From the human T2T-CHM13v2.0 reference genome, Homo sapiens, in NCBI RefSeq assembly GCF_009914755.1, contig NC_060928.1: a DNA stretch of 64,000 nucleotides. One strand, written 5' to 3'. The translations under genes were made by a program, and so were the position numbers. The notes beneath the pieces were generated by a model that was not told where the DNA came from, made no database searches, and worked only from the letters and a program-made list of their open reading frames with translations. Of this stretch, positions 41,501 to 54,939 are shown in pieces (the stretch's first letter is position 1; each line of letters starts with the position of its first letter).

Positions 41501-42549
41501 CAATTGACCATAACCTTCTCTTAATTCTTCTCTCATTTGTTGACCCACCTTGCCTTAATCAATAGAAAATTTTAAAACTCATTTCTTTTACTTTTGTAAT
41601 ATTTCATGAGAGATATCAACATGGGGCAAACACACATATGCACAAATATATGCATAAGCACTGATAGATTTATAGGCGTACGTTAAATATTAAACTTTCC
41701 TTTGAGAAAAGGAAGATTTGGCCTCTTGGAGAAAGTCAATTAAGGACTGAAAGTGGGACTGTGAATAAGTCAGGTAAGAGTTTGAGAGGAAGCAATTATA
41801 TTTGTCTATTGCTACCTTTCACCTCTAGAACTCTAGTGAACTTATGATGTTATCAGGAAATTAAGAATTCAGAAGCCTCCATTTTACTGTCTTTTTCATT
41901 GGACAGGTATTATCAATTCAGTAGGTGTGCATAAAATGGTAGAGAAAGTTTTTACCCTGTAAACATAGGCACTTCAGATCGGGGCTTCATCGTCTGTTGA
42001 ATCTATCTCCCCCAACCCCCACCAATTTCCTTTTTCCTTTTAGCATCCTAAAAGAAAAGGGGAAAAGTAAAAATTGTCTTCACACGGCTTCTTCGAAATC
42101 TGGGAGTAGGTACACTTATCTCAATTTTCCTGGGTTAAGATTAGCCTTCACACTAGTGCATTCATTAAATTGTCACCAGAAAGAGTACAGCACAGAAGGA
42201 AGAAAAAAGCAATCTTCCAACTGTGGAGATTGAGGAAAACTGTGTGCTTAATGAGAAAGAAGAGTAGCACTTACCATTACTATGATTTCAGAAAAGAAGT
42301 ACAGTGATGAGGCACAGTGACTTTTCGAAGAGCTTGTTATGCATGGTCTAGAAAAAATGTCACATGTATTTCCCAGGACAAAGCCCAAAATGCACAGTAA
42401 TTGGCAGTTACAAATTAGTGGTGATCAGCTAAAGTGTGTCTTATTTCTAAAACACTATCTCATTTCAAACGTTTCAAGTTGTTTGCACCACTTGAAACAT
42501 AACCACCAAGGTTTTTCTGAATTGGACCTGCCACGGCAGGTCCAATTCC

Positions 42550-42765
42550 TAAATCAGATATTTAGGAATAAATTTGGTAAAATCACATATAACCTACACA
42601 CCAAAAACTATGGAAACTTGCTCAGAAAAACTAAAAAGGACCTAAATAAATAAAGAAGTATACTATGTTCATAGATTTGGAAGCTTTACTACTAAGAATC
42701 AGTTATCCTTCAATTGATCTATAGATTCAACACAATCTCAATCAAACCCCAAAAGGCTTTTTAAA
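42550..42765 (+). mobile_element. L1 ORF2 fragment
   Basis: LHTKNYGNLLRKTKKDLNK is L1 ORF2-like; 'ttgatctatagattcaacacaatctcaatcaaa'. Confidence 0.8.
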
Positions 42766-42966
42766 AATATATAAATAGTGTATTAATAATATTATACACT
42801 ATTTATAATAATATTATAATATTATTTATAATAATAATATATACTATTTATAACACTATTTATAATATTATAACACTATAATATTATACACTATTAATAA
42901 TATTATACACTATTAATAATATACACTATTTAATATAATAATAGTAATAATATTAATAGTGTATTA
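42763..42966. repeat. AT-rich degenerate minisatellite (aatattatacactatt-type units)
   Basis: Recurrent acactatt / taataatatt units. Confidence 0.9.
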
Positions 42967-43110
42967 ATTTCCTATTGCTGCTGTAACAAGTTCCCACAAA
43001 CTTAGTGGCTTAAAACAACACAATTTATCGTACAGTTCTGGAAGCCAGAAGTTAATGAGTCTAATACGGGTAAAATCAAGGTGTTAATAGGGCTGGTTCC
43101 TTCTGGAGGA
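42960..43110 (-). mobile_element. MLT1 LTR 3' fragment
   Basis: 'tgtattaatttcctattgctgctgtaacaa..aaacttagtggcttaaaacaacac..acagttctggaagccagaag'. Confidence 0.85.
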
Positions 43111-43835
43111 TGCCCACAAAAGAAGTTGAAATTATCCTTCTCCTTTAGCAATAATCTGTTTGTTTAGCAGTGATAAGCCCTGTTCAGCATGTTAGAGAAT
43201 ATTTGTTTCATAAGCACTTGAGAAATGAGCTTTGATGAAGAATTATATTTTAGTAGCCCTAAGTATTTACTTATCAAGATTCTTTTAAATCTTTTGACAT
43301 GTTGAGAGAATCTTGCTATTAATTATGGATGTACCACAGAAAAGTTAGAAGCTGGTAAGATTGTAGCAAGTCAGATCACTAGGGAAGTTTGTAAGAAGTC
43401 TATCATTTCCTTGTAAAATGAAAGTTTTCTTAAAGTTGTCATAAATCTGTCCTTAGTAATATTTTAGTATTTTCTTTTAAGCAATATAAACCTATGTTTA
43501 CATTATAAATAATTTTTATTTATGGGACAACTAATAACATAGATTAATTTTAAGCTGTAAATATAATTCCATAATTCCTATAGTTGTATAGCAGACAGAA
43601 GTTTCAGTACATAACCTCATCAGCAGTCTAGATTTTTTTTAAATTAAAACTTCATTCTAAACAAAAACCTGAATCTTACATTTTCCCTTATTAACATTCC
43701 TATATTTAATATAAGAAAGCACAACATTATTTTGAATTGCTCTTAGTAAAATATCAAAACAATAATAATTGATATGCGCAGAAGCAGTATTAAAACTTTT
43801 TCTTCCAAACCACACATGCCAGTGAGCACCACAAT

Positions 43836-44003
43836 AGCAGTTTCCTATTGCTTTTGTAAAAAAATACTATAAATTTAGAGGCTTACAACAACACAAATTT
43901 ATTATCTTACAGTTCTGGTGGTCAAAAGTCTAGAATGGGTAGACAGGGCAATATACCTTCTGAAGGCTCTAGGACAGAATCTGTTTCCTTGACTTTTCCA
44001 GCC
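43836..44003 (-). mobile_element. MLT1 LTR 3' fragment
   Basis: 'gtttcctattgc..acaacacaaatttattatcttacagttctgg..ctgaaggctctagg..ttttccagc'. Confidence 0.85.
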
Positions 44004-44899
44004 TATTATTACTACCACAGCCATCAAATGGAATTATCTAAGAGCCACATTAGGATGAATGAAGGGAACTTATAATTACAAAAATTTCCCTAGGGTGTTT
44101 TAAAATTTGCCACCTTTTCCCCACCTCTTTGCATGGAGAAATGTTGGGATAGAAAGTATGCTTATAATGTACTGATTCACAATTTAGATGAAGTGCTTGT
44201 TTGCTACTTATAAAAATAAAAGTGATCTTTGGGGTAGAAAGCTTTCACAAACATAATTGGGAATGCTAGATGCTACCCCTATGCAGCAAATGCCTAGCGC
44301 TTTCCTTTTGAACCCTATGACAGATGCAAAGGAACCCATCCTAAAAAGGAAGACAAGCTGAGCCAAATACTTACTTGGCAGATCTCGTGTCTTTCTTACT
44401 GATACCAGGACATCTCCACAAGGACAGATGCAGTGCCTGGCTTCACTGTCAAGAAAACGATATTATACAAAATGAAATAATATCTGATAGAGAACAGAAA
44501 GTGGTTCTTAGCCCCAGTATGTTCTGAGAGTTATATCCTTCTTAACTATATGAAAGACAGAAATTGATTATATAAAATACAAGAAAACCTCTGAAAATTT
44601 GTGAACGAAGTAATGATAAATAGGAAGAGATGATTGATTGGAAAGGTCATAATACTTTTATGGAAAAAATGTTCAAGAAACAGCATACTCAGAAGTAGCT
44701 TTGCAAGAGGACTTATACTTTCAGAATAGTTTAAATTTTTCAAAATATTTCAGTATTTATTATCTTATTTAAACTAGATTTATTCAGCCTAAATAAGAGA
44801 AGGTCAAAAGGAAGATAATGATTTTCTATTATATGTAAAGGAAATCAAATATTAAAAATATGATCATAAACCTGCTAATTAGGGATGGTACACATTTTA

Positions 44900-45110
44900 T
44901 GGCTATTTATTGAGGGCCTAATATGTGTCAGGCACTATTCCAGGTACTCGAGTTATAGCATAAAAAAAGTCCTGCTCTCATGAAGCCTAGACCCTAGCAG
45001 AGAAAGAGAATAATCACAAATAAAAACGTATGATATATCAGATTATCATAAGAGTTAAGAAAAATAAAGTAGGGTGAGGGCACAGAGAGTGATGGCGAGA
45101 TGGGGGTGTC
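44900..45110 (-). mobile_element. L2 fragment
   Basis: 'atttattgagggcctaatatgtgtcaggcactattccaggtac..cctgctctcatgaagc'. Confidence 0.8.
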
Positions 45111-46750
45111 TTTCTAAGATTAAATTCATGTGACACTACATGAAAAGAATGTCTAAGTAGTTTTCCAGAGAGAAATTTATTGTAAAGTCTTATGCAGAAG
45201 GCATTAATCATCCCCAATCATCTGTTTAGTTAAGGCATGACTTTTACGCTCTGGGGCTTATGTTTTCTGTATGTGAGTTTTTGTTGGTGTTTCTTATAAT
45301 TTATTTCCTTTCCAGTTGAGGAAACTTTAGGTCTTCAGAAATTAGTTCCAATCCATTAAGATTAAAGGTAATCAATGGTCTTGCTCCTGAAGAATGTCAG
45401 AATCATTTAAGGGAAACCTCAGTTCCACTATATCCTGGTTAACAGTTTCATAGATGAATAGAAAGGGGGAATTATGTGCCTTGAATTTTCTAGGAAGAAA
45501 AAGGCAATGACTCCAAAATAGGGCTACGAGAGACACTAATGAAAAAAAAAAAAGTACTTGAACTCCAATTCGCTCTAATCAGCTGGCTGGCTGCCAGTCG
45601 CAGCAACTGAACTGCTTTAAGAAACTTCAGAAAACATAAATCTTTTACAAATAGGAAACTCAAAGTATTGCTTAAAAGTGAATAGTTCCCCTTTGGCTGT
45701 ACCTACATCATTCTATGAAGTAGTTTGCAAAATATAAGTTTTGGTCAAGTTTCAAGTGGAATATAATTATCATGACTCACTTTGTAGTGTAGTGAATACA
45801 GTATTTTTTATCCTTCCTATTTTAGGAACTTGGTTAATCTACTTAGGTGTCATGCCATGGAAGGGAAAGGATTTTCTGGCATCTAGTTTAAAAGATTCTT
45901 TAATATAAGTGTTTGGCAAGATTTTTAGTTTTTGTTTTACATTTTGTTTTGTTTTGATTTGGTCTACTCAGACTAAACCAGCAAACTCTGTCTAGGCATG
46001 CCCAAGTTTTCACTCTAAAGACATCAATTCTTTCCAAAACTGTCACGGCCAAGTCCCTGCTCTCAATGACTGATTCACCAAGAAACAAACTTCAAAGCAG
46101 GTAGAGAGAGGTCTTTTTGTATTCTGGAGGGGCACATTCTTGGAAGATGTGCATAATCTGTTGGTATGGAGAAGATGTAAAAGGGCATATTTAAACTAAA
46201 AAGAGTATAAATGAAAAGTGATGAAGGTCCAAAATTTTATTGATGTAATTTCTATTTTCACATTAGAGAAATTAAAATTTATGTGCATAAGTAGACTGAG
46301 CCATGTCAAGTTTCGGTAATTTATCACAAAGTGAACTAGATACAGTTTGAATTGTTCCCCTGAAAAGTTTTATTTTCCTTTTTTCAGGATCAGTTAGCTG
46401 TTAGTAATCTCCACCTCTCCCTCCACAAGGACTTTCTATTCTAGGCTGCAGTAAGGCTGCCCACCACTGCTACTGCCATTCAATCTATTTTCCAGAGAAA
46501 GTAAATAACAGAACAAGCAGGGGAAAACACAAAATTCCAGGAAATGCTGCCAAATTGCCCTACCAAGTAACAAAGTTAATGAAAGTGGTCAAGGTGGGGA
46601 GAAGTGCAGATTTCAAACCATAATGACCTCGTTCAAAACAAGATCACATTATTTTGAAATTTGGGCTCATTTCCGGAAACTCATGGTACTGCAATTAATG
46701 AATTGTTCCTCTTTTTCTTGTGGTTATTAGAGTGCCAGTTTCAGATAGAT

Positions 46751-46917
46751 CAGGGTTTCTTAATCAGGGGCACTTTTGCCATGCAGCCATCATTAGGCAA
46801 TGTCTGGAGATACTGACACCTAGAGAATAAAGCTTAGTGATGTCACTAAACATTCACAACAGCCCCCATAATAAACGCTCATCAGGCCCAAAATGCTAAA
46901 AGCTTTGAGAAAGCCTG
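46751..46917 (+). mobile_element. MER20 (hAT-Charlie)
   Basis: TIR-like ends cagggtttctta / tgagaaagcctg; internal 'ggcaatgtctggaga', 'ggcccaaaatg'. Confidence 0.75.
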
Positions 46918-47479
46918 GAATAGACCATCCCAAAACTAGTAGCCATTTGGTCTTGTGCCTTAAAGCAAAGGTTCCCACTATTTGTGTCTCTGCTTCACAG
47001 AGGCAATGAGATGGAATACAGAGCCCAAAGTTACTAGAGGAAATCTTGGGAGTCTTCAGTCCATAGGGGGCTGAAATCACCAGGAGGATCACTGAGGAGG
47101 AGACCATGGGAGGGTCTCTGGGGAACAACAGCATTTACAGATGACGAGTAGAAGAGGAGCCTGTCATAGACTCACAGAATCATAAAAGCCAAGCACGAAG
47201 TTTCAGAAGTGGCATGTTCGGTGAGACACATTTTAGAATGTGTGTTTGCATTGACAGTGGAGGTCACCTCAACAGCAATTTCAAAACAGAAGTAAAGGTG
47301 GAAGCCAGATCACAGAACATTAAAGAATAAAGATCATCTTTTCAATAATTTTAGAGACAATAGAAAGTATAATATTTTGTTATTAGAAACAGAAAAATCC
47401 ATATTTCAAAGAAATATTTTTATTAGTTTATCTGGTGTAGAGGAGACTTGAAAATGTTTATAGCTAAAGAGAAGGAGCA

Positions 47480-47801
47480 GGCTGGGCATGGTGGTGCATG
47501 CCTGTAATCCCAACACTTTGTTAGGTTGAGGTGGAAAGATCACTTGAGCCCAGGAATTTGAGACCAGCCTGGGCAACACAGTGAGACCCTGTCTCTACAA
47601 AAAAACAAACAAACAAAAAACACACAATTAGCTGGGTTGGGTGGCACACACCTCTAGTCCTAGCTACCTGGAAGGCTGAAGCAGGAGGACCATTTGAGCC
47701 CGGGAGTTTAAGGCTGCATGTTGCAGTGAGCCATGCTCATGCCACTGCACTCCAGCCTAAGCTAGAGCAAGACCCTATCTCTAAAAAATAGATAGATAGA
47801 T
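47480..47801 (+). mobile_element. AluJ
   Basis: J-diagnostic 'cttgagcccagga', 'gcaggaggac..ttgagcccgggagt', 'gaccct.tct'. Confidence 0.93.
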
Positions 47802-47802
47802 G

Positions 47803-48133
<331 letters not shown>

Positions 48134-48356
48134 TTACAAGGAGAGAACTTGAATACATAAGAGGTGATAACTAAGGGAACAAGGTTACAGAGAAGCCAAC
48201 AAGAGGTGGTGTTCAGGGCACAGATAGGCTGGTCTTGTAAGGCAGAACAATACCTCCTCTAGGACTAGATAAGTGTGAGTATAGATGAAAACCATTTTGT
48301 TGATAGGGAAAAGGAAAATGTATTCATTCAATATTTACTGAGTATCTAAGATACAC

Positions 48357-49362
48357 TGTATTGAAAAAAATTATCTGAAACCATGTTTTTCCTCTGCCCT
48401 CACACCACAACAATCATCAACATAGAAGACATCTGTGACGAAATGTGGGGTGTAGTTTTCCCTACACACCAAGTGGTAGACGCCAGCTAGATGTCCTTCA
48501 ATTCAATTCCGAACCTGTCTACCTGGTGATAATGTCAGATCCCACAGGTAGAAAGCTCAGTCCTCAAAACTGTGCCCCGTCTTCCAGACAGCCACAGGTC
48601 TAGGCCTCTGGAACTTCTGATTGGCCGGCTTCAAGTGGAGTTCCCATGACCCCCTCTTGGGTTCAATTAATTTTCTGTAACAGCTCACAGAACTCAGGGA
48701 AACATGTATTTAGTGGTTTGTTATAAAGCAAGCTTGTCCAATCCGTGTCTCACATGTGGCTCAGGACAATTTTGAATGTGGCCCAACACAAATTCACAAA
48801 CTTTCTTAAAATATTATGAGATTTTTTTGCAATTATTTTTTTAGCTCGTCAGCTATCGTTTGTGTTAGTGTATTTTATGTGTGGCCCAATATAATTCTTC
48901 TTCCAATGTGACCCAGGGAATCCAAAAAATTGGACACCCCTGTTATAAAGGATTTTGCAAAAGATACAGATGAAGAGATGTGCAGGGCAAGGTGTGAGGG
49001 AAGGGGTGTAGAACTTCTGTGCCCTCCCGGGGTGTGTCACTCTCCAGGGACCTCCATGTCTTCAGCTATCCAAAAGCTTCCAGGATCCAGTCCTCTTGGG
49101 TTTTTATGGAAGCTTCATGACATCAGTATTCCTTCCCCCAGGATATAGGGCAGGAACCTTCCTGGGAAGGACTTTAGAACCAGAATCAGAAAGGTGGGGG
49201 AAGATTAGAGTCCTGCCTTGGGGCAGGTAAAAAGAGGATAGGAGAAAGATTCTGTTTCCTAAGGCCTAACACACCCAACATTATAACAAAAGACTCTAAC
49301 TAAGGCTATGGGAGTTATGAGCCAGGAACCATGGACAAAAACCACCATGTATCATAAGACCA
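48357..49362 (-). mobile_element. MER21-type LTR nested in L2
   Basis: Minus strand starts 'gtggtcttatgata..tttttgtccatggttcctggctcataactcccatagcc'; L2 flanks at 48320-48356 and 49363-49435 are contiguous. Confidence 0.8.
48729..48942 (-). mobile_element. MER30 (hAT-Charlie) nested in MER21
   Basis: Ends caagcttgtccaa / ttggacacccctg; perfect 8-bp TSD TTATAAAG at 48721-48728 and 48943-48950. Confidence 0.93.
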
Positions 49363-49661
49363 CGTGCACCAAGCACTATGCTATGGAAATAAAAATGAAT
49401 ACGACATGGTCCCTGACCTCAAGGAGCTCAGATTCTGTGAGAATCCGAAATAGTTTTTTAACCTCCAATAAAAACTATGAGTCAAAAGCTTCAATTGGTA
49501 GAATGAAGAGAGTTGATTGAACAGAAGCCTGGAGACAGGTGAAGGTTATTCATCCAGGGCGTCTGCAGAAAAAGCTTTTGGTTCTGAGGGCCCAGCTGAG
49601 GCTGAAGGGTTATCTATTTATTGTGGTCCCCATATTCACAAATATATTTTCTTCAGCATTC

Positions 49662-50026
49662 TTATGGAGTGAGTTGTGTTTCCCCAAAGTCATATGCTGA
49701 AGGCCTAACCCCAATGTGACTGTACTTGGAGATTGGGGCATTAAGAATGTAACTCGGGTGTTGTATGAGGTCATACAGGTGGACCCCTAATCCCATAGGT
49801 GTCCTAGAAATTTTTCTCTCTCTGCCCATGCACACACACAGAGGAAAGAACATTTGAGGACACAGAGAGAAGGCTGCCACCTGTGAGCCAGAAAGAAGGA
49901 CCTCACCAGAAACTAACGCCATGGTGCCTTGATCTTGGACTCCAGTTTACAGAACTATGAGAAATAAATGTCTGTTAAGCACCCAGTATGTAGTATTTTA
50001 TCATGGCAGCTCCAGCTGACTAATAA
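49662..50026 (+). mobile_element. MLT1A/B-like MaLR LTR
   Basis: 'catatgctgaaggcctaacccc..gtgactgta.ttggaga..cctcaccagaa..ccttgatcttggac..gactaata'. Confidence 0.88.
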
Positions 50027-50037
50027 AAGCATCAGTT

Positions 50038-50330
50038 CTCACGCCTGTAGTCCCAGCACTTTGGGAGGCCGAGGCAGGCGGGATCACGAGGTCAGGAGTT
50101 CAAGACCAGCCTGGCCAACATGGTGAAACTGCGTCTCTACTAAAAATACAAAAAAAATTAGCTGGGCATGGTGATGTGCACCTGTAATCCCAGCTACTCA
50201 GAGGCTGAGGCAGGAGAATTGCTTGAACTGGGACCTGGGAGGCAGAGGTTGCAGTGAGCCAAGATCACACTACTGCACTCCAGCCTGGGCTACAGAGTGA
50301 GACTCCATCAAAAAAAAAAAAAAAAAAAAA
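50038..50330 (+). mobile_element. AluSg-like, lacking the first ~15 nt
   Basis: Starts ctcacgcctgta; perfect TSD aaaagcatcagttct. Confidence 0.93.
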
Positions 50331-53300
50331 GCATCAGTTCTTCCACCCGGTCTTAGGAATAGCAAAGCACACAGTAGCTATGATCTAGAGATGAAGTGTG
50401 CAGAGAGAATAGGGGATCAAGGAGATCCTCAATACTGGTCCAGATACAGAACCATGGAATTCATGCTGGATAGAGATGGAACAGACATCCAGAGAAAATG
50501 CTGCATTGGAAGAAAATGGGGAAGACAATGTAATGACAGCAAAAGGTAAAGGAACAGAAGGAAGTCGATGATAGAAAACTGTGGTCTGAGATTCAGACAC
50601 TAGCACTATTATTTCTGTATAATGGACAGTTTAGGGTGAGGGCAAGACACAAGATGTGGGTTTGAGAATAGGTGACTGCAGTGTATGAAAGTAACTGTTA
50701 CTGAAGTCAAGGAAACAAAGTTTTAAAATGAGTTACTTAAGTAGGTTTTTAAATAACTCAGGCCCCAGTATCCTCCATTGAAAATATAGAACAACCAGTA
50801 CATTGATAAACAACAGTGGTGGAGGTAAATGGAGATACACAGCTGGGTGCATGAGTGATTTGGTTTGGATTAGTTTGGTTTATAACTTTAAAATAATCAC
50901 CTGAAAGTAGCAAAAGGATCCTCCTTTCCTGGTTGAAAAAGATAACGGAATGTGGAAGAATCTGAGTGGTTTCCTTAGAAAATGCTCTAAGAGGGGTTGT
51001 GAGTTATGTCCTCTGAGGGGGAGGGTGGGAAGAGTAAGAAGTGGGGAAGAAAGGGTCTGTGGCTTACCCTCTGTTATCCCTTATTTCCTAATCTAAAAAA
51101 TGAAGATAAATTTTAGAGCAAAGCAGCTCTGCTTCCTACTTTTGGGTTCTATGAAATGCCCCTTTCTGCTTTAACCAGTTTAAGCCTGTGTTCCTTGTTT
51201 AGGAAAAGAAAAAAAAAGTTAATTTCTGATTGAGAAACTAAAAATTATTTGAAACTCATTGTCAGAGAAAACAGCCCAGCAAAAGAAAGTAAAAAGTCAT
51301 GTTGGATTCTGCTCTGCTGATGCCTAGTCTTGGCATTCTACTGAGAGTTCATTTTTGTTAGAAACCATAACAAGCTCCTAAGCCCTCCATGCGATTATTA
51401 GTCTAAGGATCTCACTGCCTAGAGGGCATAAGTTCCAGGAGCCATGGACTGGTTTGGCTGTTCCATGTGGGCAACTCACCCAGGATAACTTGATAATATC
51501 AGAACCATTTGAGACATTTCACGATGCTTCTAGTGATAGTTTTAAGTTACATTTCATGAGAATTCATCAAAACCATGACGTGAAAATAGAAAACATTTCT
51601 TAATACAAAATGAGCGCAAATAAATGAAGAGTATATTTATGGCCAATAGTATGTAATGTATTGCTAGATTTTCCAAAGAAATCCCCTTAATGTTTAAAAA
51701 CTACAGTAAAATTAATTACATATACACACATATATATGCATATATGTATATATATACACATGTGTGTACTACATATGTGTGTTTATTCAAATATACATGT
51801 GTATAATTCTATAAGCCAAAAGTATTCATTATATAAATATAGATTAGAAACTAGTAAAAAAGTGAGGAAAAATGAAGTCCTGGAAGTATGGGGTGAGATT
51901 TTTCAATATATACTTTCATGTTAAATATTTTACCTGTGAATGTATTGCTTATCTTCCAAAAAGGAAAATGAAAGCATTTAAATATTATAGTCACTAAAGG
52001 AAAAAAGATGAGATGAGAGATCAGGGCTTGTTTTAGCATTTTTGATTTCCTCTGGATTCACGATTCACATGACTGCATAGTTTAGCTTTTTTTTTTTTTT
52101 TTTCCTTGAAAAGGCTACCCAAGCAGGGATTGTTGGTTTTATTGCTTGGCTGAGTGTTTGGTCAGTTGTTTAGTTTTTAATTGTGTTTTCATGATAAAGA
52201 ACCATCTCAGGATTCATTATTCCATGCTTTTTTATTCCTCATTCCCAAGACTACACCTTCCCTTCCTCCCTCTTTATCTATATAAATATTATTCCTCTAA
52301 TTCAGGTTCCAGGATCTTCCCTTTCAGAATTTTGTATGTCTCTAACTAAAGTTCCAAGATCTTCCCTTTCAGAATTTGTATGTCATTTGTCTCAATCCCC
52401 TAAAATAAAGGAGCCCTATTTGGAGACATTATCGCCCCATGTGAAAACTTACTATATCCCTGCTTATACTACAGCCTACAAGACTCTGAGGACTGAACCC
52501 TGTATTTCCAATAGTACTTATTTGTACCACATTTGTATTACATTTATTTTGTTCACGGGATATTCAAAGAGAAGCATTGCATTTCTAGTATTGACTTTGC
52601 TTGGTTTCAGTTTTATTAACTAATGTTTTAATCACTTTTAATGTGTATTATTTTATTCTCATCTTAATCATGGTGGTAGAAAAAGTAGTCTCAGACTCAA
52701 AAATAGGGATTTGATCTAGCACAAGTTTTCAGAGTCAGTCAGAATTTACAGGCTGAATGATCTTTATAAAGTTATAACAAATCCTTCCTGGGAGAGTAGC
52801 CTTGGTAAAACACTAGCAATGCAGGGCTTGTCTGTCCGAAGACAGTGGAAAAAATCAACATCATGTCTATCTCAATTGCAGCACGCCAACTCACTGCAGT
52901 CCCTTCCATAGGTGAACTTTATCAAGTGTGAAAAGCATCCCGGGACCATGGGAGACACATCAGTAGCAGGGAAAATATATATCTTTGCTGCAGCTCAAGG
53001 AGATGCAGCCCATTCAAATGAAGATAAAGAGGGACAAACAAAAGAATTACAATCGAAAATTTGTTGCTGGACTATCAGTAGAGGAGACATAATTCTGCCC
53101 TTTATCATTACTTGTCATGCCAGTGACAGACTATAAAACTCGTACTGCTCAACAATTCTGTACTCGTCACTTTCTGAGCCAACTTTTGCCTTGGAAGATG
53201 CTTGGCATGTTTTAGACATATGATTTATTGCCTCATTTAGTCAAGCTTGCACAGGCAACAATGATCTATATTTTTGTAAATTACAAATTAGCCAACTTTC

Positions 53301-54419
53301 ACTTATTCTTAGTGACAGAAGTGATATATATACATACATATGTGCATGTGTGTGTATGTATTCTCCGAAGAACACCATTTATTTATTGCTTGGTAAAAAA
53401 ATTTAAATAATGACTTCTATTCCTTCTGCCTGTCCAAGAAAAGAAAATTTATGCAATACTGTAGAACAGAAATGCAGTCATCCTGCATCATTGTTTTTCA
53501 ATGTTTATTGTCTTGGAAAAAAACAGCCTAAGCAGATTCCAGTACTAATAAACAGCCCTGCTGTAGAGGTTATTGGCTATTTAAAGGCCATATTACTTCA
53601 TTTTGCTTTCCATTTTGCAAATACATTTTACACTCTTTTGGGAATTCCTTCTAAAATTTGGGGGAGCTCTCTGGCTTGACAGTGAAAGGGAACCATTACT
53701 CAGCAAATAAGCAAAATGTCCTGGAAATAATATTACCCATTTAAAAATGACTCCTTGGACATTGATTAAGTTGAAATGAAGTGCATGTAGGCAATGCTAG
53801 TTTGTTGTCTTACCTAGGGAGAGAAATCATTTTCTAGAGTTCAGTAGTAAATAGGCAATTCATTTTGACATAACGAGGAAGAGTGCTGTTAACAGCCAGA
53901 GGTCACAAAAAGCAGAGATGAAAAAGACCTATTAGATCATTTTCTCCATTCCCTGGAGAAGAGGGCCAAATTATATTTCATAGTGCTTTTTCCAGTTTAG
54001 CTTTCAATTACTCAAGCAAGGGCTTTCACCACTTCAGACTTTTTCCAGGATCTTTATCTTGTTTATGACCCCAGCCTTCCTAGATACATTGACAAAGTAC
54101 GAATCTTCGTCAGAATCAACCCTGCAGGTGATCACAAAAGTACTCTGTGCTCACAATTAGACCTGTATGTCTCATTTTCTTTTCTCCTTCAATGAATTTC
54201 AAAATCATTTCCTTGGTAATAACTCCTTTTGTCCTTCCCTACTCTACCTCTGTGTTCTGCATTCTTAATCACGTCCCTTTCACTCTGAGTCTAAACGAGA
54301 GCTGTTTCTTGGAAGAATAATCTGAAACAAATTCCTGCCATTTCCAAAGGCAAATGATCATTCAGAGGAATGCTATTTGGACAGATTACCAAGAACATCT
54401 CGAATGAATGAAAAAGAGA

Positions 54420-54830
54420 AATGAGTTCAAGAGAGAATGAGAGAAGCTGAAGTGGAGACTGCAGGTTTAGAAAACTCCTTCACAAAATCCCTCGCAAAAT
54501 GGAGTAGGTAAATGAGACAGAAGCTGGAGAAAGGCGGAGATCAAAGAAGGTTTGCTTTCTAGGAGAGAGAGATTGCAACACTTTTATCTGAAGATGGAAT
54601 GTCTCAGTAGAAATACCGAAAATGAGGATGCAGGGAAGAGATGGGACACCTATAGGAGCCATGTTCTTGAGCAGACAAGAAAGGATGAGATCCTGTACAC
54701 AAATAGAGAGGGTGGCCTTGTGTGGGTGCAGGGATAACTCGTTCATTTTAACAAGAAAAAAGGGAGAGCATATGAAGAGAGGTGCTTATGGGCTTATGGT
54801 TTGGCAATTTGGTGGTGTGACTGGTGACCT
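54420..54830 (-). mobile_element. L2 fragment
   Basis: 'gagttcaagagagaatgagag..gaagtggagactgcag..ggagccatgttcttgagcag..ggatgagatcc'. Confidence 0.65.
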
Positions 54831-54939
54831 CAGCTCTCTTTCAAAAAAGAACCGAATTGATTTTATGGCCTTTAATATCTGCTTGGCTACTGCAAGTTTT
54901 CTGACTTCCATAGCAAATGAAGACAAAGTTTTCAGTCTC

